From the NCBI RefSeq assembly GCF_963921235.1, contig NC_086106.1, forward strand, positions 21,204,001 to 21,268,000: a stretch of 64,000 nt of DNA, in the 5' to 3' direction. Shown piece after piece: positions 1 to 12,289 of this stretch. A program made the position numbers and the translations under genes. The notes under the pieces are model-generated. The model saw only the letters and a list, made by a program, of their open reading frames with translations. It made no database searches and was not told the DNA's origin. The stretch is from Mobula hypostoma. Lineage: Eukaryota. The first letter of the stretch is position 1; the number at the start of each line of letters is the position of its first letter.

Positions 1-2640
1 TAGAAACTGCAAATAAACAGAGGGAATTTGAAGCTAAAGAAGCAGAGAAAAGAGGGGAGTTTGAGCTACTGATAACGCAGTTAGTGTCCAGAATCAATCT
101 TCTGGTTCTAGGAAACTGTTTCTTGCTATTCAGGAAAATAAATTCGTTCCTCTATTTAATAAGGTGGAAGTTAATAAATACCTCCAGCCTTTTGAGACTG
201 TTTCTCTGATTTCAGAGTGGCCGAAAGAAAAATGGCCAGTGCTTATACAAAGTGTAATTACAGGTAACGCACAACAGGTTTATACAACTGAAACTGCTGA
301 GTAAGCACGTGATTATGATACTGTGAAGCACTGTATACTTAAAACTTATGAAGTGGTTCCGGAAGATTATAGAGAAAGATTTAGGAAATTGAAGAAATCT
401 GTGAACCAAACTTATATTGAATTTGCCTGTGATATATGAGTGTGTTTTGCGTGATGGGTCAACTCTGAAAATGTGAGTGATGAGTATGACAACTTGAAAG
501 AATTGGTTATACTTGAGGAATTTCAAAGATGCGTCGTATTGACATAAAGATATACTCGAATGAGAGGGACACTGCTATATTGCAGGAGTCTGGTAAATTA
601 GCAGAGGAGTATGATTTAATTCATAAGAGTAAATTTACTCCGAGTAAAACTTTCCAAAAAGTAGACTGGATAATCAGGGTAACCCAGAAAGTAAATAGGA
701 AGCTCGTGATAACGGTAAGAATGAAGGGAAGCAAGTGAAAGAGAAACATGTTTGTCTTAATTGTTAATGTTGTAAGAAACCTTGTCATGTTATGGCTAAC
801 TGTTTCCATTTGAAGAAGAGGGAAAAGGAAGCAGTTCCAGATGTCTGCGTTGAACATTTCAAACGCCCAGAAACCTACAGGGTTCGGGACTTTCAAAGGA
901 AGCTTTGTCCAGGTTTGACGAGTTTAAGAAATGATTCGATCATTTCATGTCAGGAGCATTTGTTTTGGTGAATAGAAGTTCCCCTCCGGTACCAATAAAA
1001 AATCTTCGGGATACTGGTGCTTATCAGTCACTAATGTTAGACAGTGTTCCAGAGTTTTATGATGTGACTGACAGGGGTGAGGTAAATCTTATACGAGGTA
1101 CTGAGGGCAACCTTATGTCTGTACCTCTGCACAAAAGAGTTTAAAAGCCAGGATTAGCTTCAGGATCTGTTAAAGTAGGATTGCGACCCAGTTTACCGGT
1201 GGATGGTGTTTCTTTATTGTTAAAGAATGACCTAGCAGGAGGAAATGTTGTTGCTGCAGTGTAGATGACAACTAAGCCAATCGCTGATGATCCAAAACAT
1301 GGATTCTAACATATATATATATATCAGCGGTACAATAACCCGAACTATGAAATAAAAATGTCTGCCGAGATAGTGGATTCTGTGATCTGCTGATTATTTT
1401 GTGTTTAGGGTTCTGTACAGCATGGGTCTTTGAAACAGGACAATTCAAATAAGAATTCAGAGATTGATAATTTGTCAATAACTTTTCCACCTTCATTATT
1501 TGATCAAGATCGTTGTAATAAATCTGAACTTAAACAATTTTCCTTGCCTTGGAAGGAGATTATAGTGGAGCAAAGCAAAGACACTGGGATTGCCACTTTA
1601 AGAGAGCAAGCTCGCCCAGGTAACAAGATTGCGAAGGTGCCAATAGGGTATTATTTCAAGAGTCGAGTATTAATGAGGACGTGGAGACCACCTAAGATTC
1701 CTGCCAGAGAGGATTGGGCCGTTTTTCACCAGGTAGTGGTTCGGAAAGTTTATCAGAATGAAATGCTAACTTTGGCTGAAAATATAGCCTTGGAGAGACA
1801 TTTTGGTATGAAGAAAACTGTGAACAGGGTTTTTAAACATTTTTATTGGCCTGGTTTGAAGACAGATGTGAAGACATTTTGCCGAAACTGTCACACTTGT
1901 CAGGTTGTAAGTAAACCTAATCAAGTCACCCGAGTGGCCCCGTTACAACCAATTCCTGCATTTGGTAAGCCGTTTTCGAAAGTTATTGTAGATTGAGTTG
2001 GTCCATTGCCAAAAACTAAAGCTGGCCACCAATATTTTCTGACTATCATGTGTACCGCATGTAGGTTTCCAGAAGCGATACCTCTTATCCAAAGCTGTGA
2101 CAAAGGCTCTCATAAAGTTCTTTACTTTATTTGGGTTACCTGATCCAGACAGTCATTTTATGTCTGGATTCCTCCTGCAGATAGTTTATAAACTGGGAGC
2201 CAAACAGATTATACCGTCTGCGTATCCTCCCGAATCTCAAGGGGCCTTAGAAACGTTCCATTTTACCCTTAAAAGTATGATTAGGAAGATTTGTGCTGAA
2301 CATGACAAAGATTGGGATGAGGGAGTTCATTTCCTTTTGTTTGCAGTATGTGAGACAGTACAGGTGTTCGTAGGCTTTAGTCACTTTGAACTGTTCTTTT
2401 TTTTAACTTTACAAAAATATGATCTCTTAGTAACTCACAGTAAAGGAAAAGATAATGTAATTGCCGACTGTTTGTCCAGATGTTGAACATGTAATGTACT
2501 TCTGATATTGTGTTTAGACGCTTGTCATATGTTATATTAGTTGTAGAGCACTGTATGATAAATGTATGTGTATTGTGCAATTTTGTAAAATTTATATAGT
2601 TATATATTCTGTTAATTCCAGTGAAAATGTTCATCTTGTT
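1..2640 (+). mobile_element. Degenerate Gmr1-like Ty3/Gypsy LTR retrotransposon internal region (gag, protease, integrase, RNase H tail); RT deleted
   Basis: Decayed CCHC knuckle at ~762-803, protease NLRDTGAYQSL in ORF 947-1144, integrase zinc finger (HFG...CRNCHTC) in ORF 1430-1996, integrase core in ORF 2097-2486 jumping to an RNase H C-terminus (LQKYDLLVTHSKGKDNVIADCLSRC). Homologous to the element at 55027-61137. Many stops and frameshifts. Confidence 0.85.
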
Positions 2641-2670
2641 AGATCAAAATTTTCTTATTTTGGAGGGAGG

Positions 2671-3437
2671 CGTTACCTCTCCCGTGACTTTCTGGTGAAT
2701 ATGATGTAATTATCTTATGCTATTGGAATGATATAATGGTGTATGCCATTAGAATGATGTAATTGTCTTGTGATAGTGGAGTGATGTGATGTCACGTGAT
2801 GGCATGCTCTAACTAGTATATAAGGGGGTACCGCAGTTGTTCCGTAGTTCGTTTTGGCGTGAACTCGCCACTGGTAGTTACGCCATCAGAGAAGAAGAGA
2901 GAGTAACAGTGAGGAGTCCAAATGAACTCCAGAGGGAGAGGTGTTAACCAGCGATATTCGGCGCATTTAAGTTGTGACTGACATTTCGAACCGTACGTTC
3001 GTGGCACGCACTTTTTGTTAACACTTACACAGTTTGGGTTGTGCGATGACCACTTCCGTTAGAAGGGTCAGTTACTTTGAGAACTCGTATTCTGCGTCAT
3101 AACTTCGGAAACAAAGTATTTCTCGGCTGGAACTGGCGTCCGCAGTTTCGACTTTTCTTCATCGGAAGGTTCGGGAAGTCTCTCCTCTCAGTTATTGCAG
3201 AAATCATATGGACTTATTAAACTAACACCTTGAGACTGGAATTAAATGGGATCTGTTGAGAATCGTCCTTAAGTTCGATCGTTTGATAGCTATAGAATCA
3301 TAACGCTGTTCACATCCAGTTAAGTTAATGGATTCGTTTACAGTTCCATGCTAATGTGAGTAGAGGTTAATAAATGTCGTTGTTTATTTTATAAAATGTC
3401 GACTCAAATTTATCTGTATTGATGCTGAGTCATAACA
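2671..3437 (+). mobile_element. 3' LTR of the Gmr1-like element
   Basis: Follows polypurine tract GGAGGGAGG (2662-2670); starts CGTTAC (decayed TG), ends CATAACA; AATAAA near 3370; shares motifs with the LTR at 6807-7771. Confidence 0.75.
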
Positions 3438-3599
3438 AGACAATTAGTAAAATATTCTACCAAACACGTACATCACCCAATGTTGAACACACTGCGACAC
3501 TTAATAGTCAGTTACACTTCAAACTCAACAGATACTTCATGAAGTCTCCTCGTGTACACGACTAAAATGCTAAAATAAAATCAACATACTGTTATCTAA

Positions 3600-4450
3600 G
3601 TGTGCGCATGGGCCCTACTATATGCAGAGTATATTTTTCCAATGGTACTTTAGCACTATTCGCAACCTCCGTTTGAAGATGAGCCTGTGGAGAGAAAGGA
3701 AAACAAACGAGTTTCTTGAACGTGCTACTCATATACCCCCGAGTCGCCAGAAACCGAACACACTATGCCACAGCGAGCAAAGAAACCAAAGGGTGCTCCT
3801 CTATCTAACGGATAAAGCAATCAAAAAACAGCACCGTTGAAGCGGCTTCAGCAGGCAAGTAAGCTACGCTTTCACGGTACAGTTCTTGAATGAACTTGAA
3901 ACATCGATAGAAGTGATTATCTCATCCGGATAGCAATCGTTTTTGGTCGACCTTGGTAGAACTGTGTCTTCTTTCGTCGACTCTTGGGGCTATCGCTCTC
4001 GACAGATGGAATCCACAGCATCATAATGAAGGTTTGGAAATGTCGGTTAGCACATCAAAACACAAAATTTAGATATTTTTTTCACAATCGACGTTGACGC
4101 CAATTACCTCATATGCCTCGAACGCACTGCTGGAGGTGGTGGTTGTAGATAATAAAACATGGACATTGGAATCCTTCTGGATAAGAATTATCCAACCTGT
4201 GGTCCGCAGACACCTTGACGAATGGTGGTGCTGCATGTCACAAAATGGTTTAGGTGCGCCTTTTTCTAAATGAACGCTGGCTTAGAAACGGGAGATCACG
4301 GTAAAATAGCAAATTACGAATGCCTGAAAGGATTAGAGCACTCTGTGCATTCAATCCCATCCTCTCGGCATTAATATCATCCGACCACATCTTAATGCTC
4401 CATTCCCATTTCCTAGGTAATATTCACTCGTTATATTTCAGGATTATTTG
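3600..4450 (-). mobile_element. Highly degenerate Gypsy integrase remnant
   Basis: Minus-strand translations give decayed IVSDRG/HPQT/EVAN-like integrase core motifs; no open frame. Confidence 0.4.
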
Positions 4451-4987
4451 AAACATTGCATTGAAACTACGCAAAGGACTATTCACCTAAGTTTCAAAGG
4501 AGAATTATTTCTATCGATTCTGGACTGTTGATACACACAAACCGGAAAATAAATGCGGTTACTTCGTCAAGCTGAAATACGTCGCGTGAACTCCGTTCCA
4601 AAAGGAACGAATGTAAACAAATTTGCATAATACATCGTGATCTTATATCGCTATGTCTGAGCACGACAGCATTTTGGAAGCAGATTGAATGTGTTTTTCT
4701 GTTCCCATCCCCTCCATCCATGTTCCAGAGCTAGACAATAGACGATTCATGGCGAAATGGTGGTATCCACTAGGTGGGAATAAACTATTATGTTTATTAT
4801 CATTATGTATTACTTTGTGAATCCGATAGCAGCCAGTTCCGCATGCCATGAAATTCAGAGCTTGAACCATTCTATCTGTGCACTGCAAAACAATACAGAA
4901 CAGACTTTTACTAATGTGTTTTCCCTGTGTACTCGCTCTTCTGCGTCAGTTGAAAAGGTTCACGTTTTATTCAGTTGTTTGAACGTA

Positions 4988-5460
4988 ATGGAGCTGTAGT
5001 ATCAGATAGCAGGTTTATGTATTCTGGGTAGAGTAAAACATAGTTAGTGACAGATTAGTACAAATTACTGCCTAGTGATGAGCTTCAGTGAGCATATGGA
5101 TATGTGTCCATTTTTAAATTTCCAGCTCATCGGAAACATTGCAATGGAGCGGTTTTCTGGCAGACACATTCAGAAACGAGAAGATTACAAGATGAAGGCA
5201 CGCGTCAGCAGCGACTTTTCTCACAGGCTAGTGGTTGCATGTATGAGATGACCACGGGAATCTTCAACTGGAGANNNNNNNNNNNNNNNNNNNNNNNNNN
5301 NNNNNNNNNNNNNNNNNNNNNNNNNNNNNNNNNNNNNNNNNNNNNNNNNNNNNNNNNNNNNNNNNNNNNNNNNNNNNNNNNNNNNNNNNNNNNNNNNNNN
5401 NNNACTCACATTCTTCGCGTTAATAATTATTGATTTTTGTCCTATGCTACTGTCCTCGTG
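4988..5460 (+). pseudogene. Candidate TCR V pseudogene (leader plus V exon spanning an N gap)
   Basis: Phase-1 leader-like exon 4988-5027 (MEL*YQIAGLCIL, GT donor); intron ends TTTCCAG at 5125; in-frame exon with CMYEMTTGIFNW; after the gap a decayed DSALYYC-like stretch (GAT TTT t GTC CTA TGC TAC TGT). No RSS seen. Confidence 0.4.
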
Positions 5461-5559
5461 TTTTGAAAGAAATTCTGTCTGTAATCCGTCCCACTGAGAT
5501 AATTTTAACGATCTCCTCCTGCTCTGTATCAGGGTGTAAGGACGAAGTAATTGCAGCAT

Positions 5560-5900
5560 GATATACACCATTATCAGTGAGTTGTTGTTTAGATATCGTT
5601 AACCTATTATTGTAGTTTTTGTCATATTTGATAGAACAGGAAAACCGCCTTTCAGAGTTGCCAACGTTATCCCTACTACAGACGTATAGTGGAAAATGTA
5701 TAGACAGACTGCATCACGGTCTAGTATGGAAACATCAAGACCGTTCAACAGGAAATCCTACAAAAAAAAACGAATATATTCAGCCCAGTGCATCATGGGT
5801 AAAGCCCTTCTAAGCATTGAGCACATCGACATGAATAGTTGTACTTCAGTGTCTGTGTCTTGCATTTCTGTCCGCTCCCAATACCCCACATGTAACAGCT
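5560..5900 (+). mobile_element. Rex1/Babar-type LINE 3' remnant
   Basis: CITV*YGN and AQCIMGKALLSIEHIDMNSC resemble the Rex/Babar ORF2 C-terminus. Confidence 0.55.
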
Positions 5901-6800
5901 TGGGGTAAATTCCATGATCCCGAGGCGATTTAGGATATCATGAAAGTGAATAATGCGCTCTTGCATGGATGACGAGAAAACTGGGATGTCGTCCAAGTGA
6001 ACTAAGGCGCATATCGCGGATCACATCTTTTATAAAGGCTAGGAATGCTGCAGGTGAGTTCGCAAAGCTGAAGGACAAGACTCATAGCCCGCTGTCGATG
6101 TGTGGAATGCCGTCAACCACTCGCAACCCGCGTTTATGCGACTAGATTGCATGCACTCTCAAGGCTACCTGCGAGAATCCTATTGCCCCTTAGAGGATCA
6201 TGAAGGCCATGTTCTTGAGTGGAAAATGGTAACGATTCTTGACCGTTATGCGATTCAACCCTTTAGGCTCCCGTCATTTTCCTGCGAGAAGAAACCAGCC
6301 GTGGCCAGGGATGTGGATGGGTCAATGGAAACCAGCACGAATATCATTGATATATTCCATAGCACTTCTCAACGAGATTGAAGGTCCGTATAATCGATGG
6401 CATTAAAGAGTGACGAAGACGTCCCCGTTTAGGCCACTCACTTAGGCCAAAGACCGAAACTTAAGAGCATACTTGGCAGCAGACATAATGCCCTGACGGA
6501 ACTTCATCAAAGGATCTGGGTCGCTTTTGTTTTCCTGCGATGTGATGTAACACCTTCCTCATTAAGTCCACGAATTCCTCCAAATCACAGAAAATATTCG
6601 ACCTTCCCTCCAAATGCGTAGTGGCCCATGCCAGTGCTATGCAGATTAGGAGTCAGACCGTGAAGGCCATCTTTCTGCACTCCGTAGGAAACCGGGCCTG
6701 GATGGAGTTCGAACAACATGGAACATTGAGTAAGGAAGTTATGGCAAGAACCGGGGTCACCAACGAATCTCACTGAGATCGTAAGAGGGAATGACTTTTT
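5900..6800 (-). mobile_element. Gypsy gag remnant
   Basis: RFVGDPGSCHNFLTQCSMLFELHP (ORF 6585-6773) and LMKFRQGIMSAAKYALKFRSLA are typical retrotransposon gag motifs. Confidence 0.6.
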
Positions 6801-6806
6801 TGAAAG

Positions 6807-7771
6807 TGTTACGTACCTCGTGCGTATCTTGTGACTGTCTTATGACCATGATATAATTGAGTATCTTATGAACATGATGTAATAGTCTTGTGATGGTGGG
6901 GTGATGTAATTTTCCTGCCAGTGTGGGGTGACGTGATGACATATTCTTATCAGGTATATAATGGGAAACAACACACAACAGGGTTGTTGACGAAGGGTCT
7001 CGGCCTGAAACGTCGACTGTACCTCTTCCTAGAGATGCTGCCTGGCCTGCTGACTTCACCAGCAACTTTGATGTGTGTTGATATCATGGGAAACCCCTGT
7101 TTTTAGGAGTTTAGTTTAGTTTAGTTCGTAAGTAACAGCACTCCGTTATGCTGCGTATTCGTCTCACGACGCAGTTTCGTTTTAAACCTGTGTTCTACTT
7201 TCTATTGTAAGGCAAAATCATTGTGCCGGCTGTTTCGCACATCGCTGCCCGTTTTGTTTGTTATATTTGACTTAGCTTTACCGTAGTATTGGATAGTGAA
7301 GAACTGACCAAAATGCGGGCACCCAAGGGTCGAGTAAAGTTGGAGTCGTTCGGAGGTTTTAAAAAGGATCAACCTTATTGAATCTTTGTTCAGAAATAGT
7401 GACCTAAATCGGAGATAACCGCTGTAAGAACAAGAAGGTTGTGTAGTGTTCATTCACCTGGAAAAAAGGTCAGTTCACTTAAGCCGTTTTAATTCCTTCG
7501 TTGTGAATCCTTTAGACAGAATCAGTCGCAACGTCACGTCTTCGAAGAAATCCGTTTGCAGATAAGTGTCTCCTCATTGACTGTGTAAATCACTTGGACT
7601 TTCGAATTTACCACTTTAAGAACTGTTCCAGAGTAGCCGTATATCATTAACTTCAGGTTAAGTTAGTCGTTTGAATTTTTTTTTCGCTATTGTTGAGCAG
7701 AGTTCATTAAATGTTTGTTTCTTTATAAAACCTGAACCAATTATATATTCATTGTTGTTGTTCACGTGACA
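6807..7771 (+). mobile_element. Solo LTR (Gypsy-type) carrying a short Penelope-like tail fragment at ~6980-7085
   Basis: Termini TGTTAC...GTGACA; similar to LTR 2671-3437; no clean target-site duplication. Confidence 0.65.
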
Positions 7772-7850
7772 AGAAACGGAAGCTTCCTCCGAGCGAGCCT
7801 CTCTTCCTCCCTCCGATAGTTGGCACAGGACATGGAGTTCGTGTACATCC

Positions 7851-8453
7851 AGATTCTGTTTTAATATTTTCTCACTGTCATTCAACACAACTAACGAAAG
7901 ACTCTGATAGCAACCTGGGTAAATGTTGGCTTAATCGTACTGTGAGGAAAGCGCTTGACGAGAATGGTTAGTACACAAGTGCTGGATTATCGGAAACAGG
8001 GATCGAGGCTCGAAACGAGACTGAATCCAGAAATGAGTACACAAGAAGACGCTGGTCGGTAGTACAAATGAGCTTACGATTATGCACTGCACCTTTGTTC
8101 AGGAGCTCTATAAATATTCATTGCTGGCGCCTAAACATGGCCAGCAGTTCGCGGACCGATGTGAATCTTTAAAAGGGGCATGTCTGATAACTATATTCCG
8201 GAGAGTTCGAAAATCTTAGCCCCATACGCCGGAGCGGTTGGCTGCGTTTCCTAACAGAATAGAGGAGCAAATTTCCCCATTTACCAGTATTCTAAAACTT
8301 CGCTTATAGCTAACTTAAATTGAACTAAAACAATATTTGGTGTTATTATTATCTGCGAAATATATTACATACCTCGGTTTGCCCACATGTTTTCACTTTT
8401 CAGACAGGGCTTAAACATTGTTTTACTTAATACATCTGGGGATTCATTTGCAT
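7851..8453 (-). pseudogene. Candidate IgH-V-like pseudogene with octamer
   Basis: ATGCAAAT at 8446-8453; 46-nt phase-1 exon 8373-8418 with GTATGT donor; acceptor at 8251; decayed DSHR..C, APEQR(L)QCI and IQSRF motifs; GACAGTG at 7873-7879. The putative leader is not hydrophobic. Confidence 0.25.
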
Positions 8454-8759
8454 AGTTTCCTTGACATACTTCATCATAGCCACAAAAGCTTTCGGTCACC
8501 AAGGCCCGTTGAACTTAATTTGTTTGCCCTCATGGTAACTGGAACAGGCTGTTCCCGTACTGTTGATATAACGCTATTAAAAACAGTCTGGCTGTTCACT
8601 CCGCCTTTCACACTGTAATTGCACTGTAGAGGCATATAGTGATGCAGGATAATGCAGGAAAATCATGTCGAATCATCAGTAGAGAAGTGTAATGTATGAA
8701 AATACATTGGGAGCAGGGTTTCAGATTTTTAGATCATTGGAATCTCTTCTGGGGAACGT

Positions 8760-11700
8760 GGGACCTGTACAGATTGGATGGGTGCACCTGAACTCGAGGG
8801 GAAGCAATATCCTTGCAGGTAGGTTTGCTAGCATGGTTCGGGGGGGGGGGGGTTAACGTAATTTTCGAGGGGGATGGGACCCAGAGCGATAGAGCAGTGA
8901 AAGAAGTGCATGGAGTAAAGCCAGATCTAACATACAGAGAGGCTTTGAGGAAAGAGAAGCAGAATAAAGGGTGTAAAGACAGTCAGGTAGAAGGGCTGAA
9001 ATGTGTGTACCTCAATGGAAGAAGCATCAGGAACAAAGATGATGAACTGAGAGCTTAGATACATACATGGAATTATGATGTCGTGGTCATTACAGAGACT
9101 TGGCTGGCACCAGGGCAGGAATGGATTCTCAATATTCCTGGATTTCAGTGCTTTAAAAGGGATAGAGAGGGCGGAAAAAGGGGAGGATGGGTGGCATTAC
9201 CGGTCAGGGATACTATTACATTTACAGAAAGGGTGGGTAATGTAGCAGGATCCTCTTTTGAGTCAATATGGTTGGAAGTCAGGAACAGGAAGAGAGCAGT
9301 TACTCTACTGGGGGTATTCTATAGGCCCCCTGGTAGCAGCAGAGATACAGAGGAGCAGATTGGGAGGCAGATTTTAGAAAGGTGCAAACATAACAGGGTT
9401 GTTATCATGGGTGACTTTAACTTCCCTAATATTGATTGGCACCTGATTATTTCCAAGGGTTTAGATGGGGCAGAATTTGTTAAGTGTGTCCAGGATGGAC
9501 TCCTGTCACAGGATGTGGATTGGTCGACCAGGGAATGCCTTACTAGATCTAGTACTAGGTAATGAACCGGGTCAGGTCACAGATCTCTCAGTGGGTGAGC
9601 ATCTGGGGGACAGTGACCACCGCCCCCTGGCCTTTATAATTATCATGGAAAAGGATAGAATCAAAGAGGACAGGAACATTTTAATTGGGGAAGGCAAATT
9701 ATGAGGCTATAAGGCTAGAACTTGCGGGAGTGAATTGGGATGATGTTTTTGCAGGGAAATGTACTATGGACATGTGGTCGATATTTAGAGATCTCTTGCG
9801 GGATGTAAGAGATAAATTTGTTCCGGTGAGGAAGATAAAGAATGGTAAGGTGAAGGAACCATGGGTGACAAGTGAGGTGGAAAATCTAGTCAGGAGGAAG
9901 AAGTCAGCATACATGAGGTTTAGGAAGGAAGGATCAGGTTGGTCTATTGAGGAATATAGGGAAGCAAGAAAGGAGCTTAAGAAGGGGCTGAGAAGAGCAA
10001 GAAGGGGGCATGAGAAGGCCTTGGCGAGTAGGGTAAAGGAAAACCCCAAGGTATTCTTCAATTATGTGAAGAAAAAAAGGATGACAGGAGTGAAGGTAGG
10101 ATCGATTAGAGATAAAGGTGGGAAGATGTGCCTGGAAGCTGTGGAAGTGACCGAGGTCCTCAATGAATACTTCTTTTCGGTATTCAACAATGAGAGGGAA
10201 CTTGATTATGGTGAGGACAATATGAGTGGGGTTGATGTTCTGGAGCATGCTGATATTAAGGGAGAGGAGGTGTTGGAGTTGTTAAAATACATTAGGACAG
10301 GTAAGTTCCCGGGACCTGACGGAATATTCCCCAGGCTGTTCCACGAGGCGAGAGAAGAGATTGCTGAGCCTCTGGCTAGGATCTTTACGTCCGCATTACC
10401 CACCGGAATGGTACCGGAGGATTGGAGGGAGGCAAATGATGTCCCCTTGTTCAAAAAAGGTAGTAGGGATAGTCCGGGTAATTATATACCAGTGAGCATA
10501 ACGTCTGTGGTGGGAAAGCTTTTGGAAAAGATTCTTACAGATAGAATCTATAGGCATTTAGAGAATCATGGTCTGATCAGGGACAGTCAGCATGGCTTTG
10601 TGAAGTGCAGATCGTGTCTAACAAGCCTGATATCGTTCTTTGAGGAGGTGTCCAGGCATATACATGAGGGTAGTGCAGTGGATGTGATCTATATGGATTT
10701 TAGTAAGGCATTTGACAAGGTTCCACACGGCAGGCTTATTCAGAAAGTTAGAAGGCATGGGATCCAGGGAAGTTTAGCCAGATGGATTCAGAATGGTCTT
10801 GCCTGCAGAAGGCAGAGGGTGGTGGTGGAGGGAGTACATTCAGATTGGAGGATTGTGACTAGTGGTGTACCACAAGGATCTGTTCTGGGACCTCTACTTT
10901 TCGTGATTTTTATTAAGGACCTGGATATGGGGTTAGAAGGGTGGGCTAGCAAGTTTGCAGACGACACAAAGGTTGGTGGTGTTGTAGATAGTGTAGAGGA
11001 TTGTCAAAGATTGCAGAGATACAGCGATAGGATGCAGATGTGGGCTGAGAAGTGGCAGATGGAGTTCAACCCGGAGAAGTGTGAGGTGGTACACTTTAGA
11101 AGGACAAACTCCAAAGCTGAGTACAAAGTAAATGGCAGAATACTTGGTATTGTGGAGGAGCAGAGGGATCTCGGGGTACATGTCCACAGATCCCTGAAAG
11201 CTGCCTCACAGGTGGATAGGGTAGTTAAGAAAGCTTATGGGATGTTAGCTTTCATAAGTCGAGGGATAGGGTTTAAGAGTCGCGATGTAATGATGCAGCT
11301 CTATAAAACTCTGTTTAGGCCACACTTGGAGTACTATGTCCAGTTCTGGTCACCTCACTATAGGAAGGATGTTGAAGCATTTGAAAGGTTACAGAGGAGA
11401 TTTACTAGGATGCTGCCTGGTTTAGAAAGTAGGCATTATGATCAGAGATTAAGAGAGCTAGGACTTTACGCTTTGGAGAGAAGGAGGATGAGAGGAGACA
11501 TGATAGAGGTGTACATGATACTAAGAAGAATAGGCAGAGTGGATAGCCAGCGCCTCTTCCCCAGGGCACCACTGCTCAATACAAGAGGTCATGGCTTTAA
11601 GGTAAGGAGTGAAAAGTTCATGGGGCATATTAGAGGAAGGTTTTTTACTCAGAGAGTGGTTGGTGCGTGGAATGCAATGCCTGAGTCAGTGGTGGAGGCA

Positions 11701-11830
11701 GATATATTAGTGAAGTTTAAGAGACTACTAGACAGGTATATGGAGGAATTTAAGGCGGGGGGTTATATGCGAGGCAGGGTTTGAGGGTCGGCACAACATT
11801 GTGGGCCGAAAGGCCTGTACTGTGCTGTAC
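8760..11830 (+). mobile_element. CR1 LINE, 5'-truncated, with near-intact ORF2
   Basis: AP-endonuclease motifs (ITETWL, MGDFNFP, LDLVL, SDH) in 8990-9700 broken by a stop and frameshifts; 699-aa open RT/C-terminal frame 9685-11784 (GVPQGSVLGP, FADD); CR1-type 3' UTR. Confidence 0.95.
9685..11784 (+). CDS. CR1 ORF2 reverse transcriptase portion (699 aa open frame)
   Basis: ORF track; YMDFSKAFDKVPH, VPQGSVLGPLLF, KFADDTK. Confidence 0.85.
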   Translation: MGKANYEAIRLELAGVNWDDVFAGKCTMDMWSIFRDLLRDVRDKFVPVRKIKNGKVKEPWVTSEVENLVRRKKSAYMRFRKEGSGWSIEEYREARKELKKGLRRARRGHEKALASRVKENPKVFFNYVKKKRMTGVKVGSIRDKGGKMCLEAVEVTEVLNEYFFSVFNNERELDYGEDNMSGVDVLEHADIKGEEVLELLKYIRTGKFPGPDGIFPRLFHEAREEIAEPLARIFTSALPTGMVPEDWREANDVPLFKKGSRDSPGNYIPVSITSVVGKLLEKILTDRIYRHLENHGLIRDSQHGFVKCRSCLTSLISFFEEVSRHIHEGSAVDVIYMDFSKAFDKVPHGRLIQKVRRHGIQGSLARWIQNGLACRRQRVVVEGVHSDWRIVTSGVPQGSVLGPLLFVIFIKDLDMGLEGWASKFADDTKVGGVVDSVEDCQRLQRYSDRMQMWAEKWQMEFNPEKCEVVHFRRTNSKAEYKVNGRILGIVEEQRDLGVHVHRSLKAASQVDRVVKKAYGMLAFISRGIGFKSRDVMMQLYKTLFRPHLEYYVQFWSPHYRKDVEAFERLQRRFTRMLPGLESRHYDQRLRELGLYALERRRMRGDMIEVYMILRRIGRVDSQRLFPRAPLLNTRGHGFKVRSEKFMGHIRGRFFTQRVVGAWNAMPESVVEADILVKFKRLLDRYMEEFKAGGYMRGRV

Positions 11831-12289
11831 TATTCTATGTTATATATACAAATCAACGCTGAGTCAAACAGGCCATTAACTAAAATTCTAAATGGAAAAC
11901 GAAACCCATGCTAGGGTAGAGAAGAACAAATAAGAATTAAACAAATACCGATAGTCTTCAGATTCAGATGACCATACAGTCCAGTTTCTCAGACAAGGCG
12001 TAGTGCAGACAGCAAAGTGATGCTGTTTCCTTGGTTCACGTCTCGACAAACATTACGACGTAAGGAATAGAGTTAAATAGTATCAAAATGAAATTATATT
12101 TATCTGACACACGCATATTCACGAGCGCAATTGCCGAATCCTTATTTTAGCATGCACGTCGATTCGGAAAATCACATTGGTAATGGACAGTGAGTTTGTT
12201 GAATGCCTAAGAATTTTTTTTTTTCAGCAGATTATCGTTAAGCCTATTATGGGATCAGCTATACAGGAATGATGTTATGTAATGAACAG

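Noticed and set aside
4621-4628. ATTTGCAT octamer
   Set aside because: About 360 bp from the nearest candidate leader and not tied to a recognisable exon; expected by chance in 64 kb.
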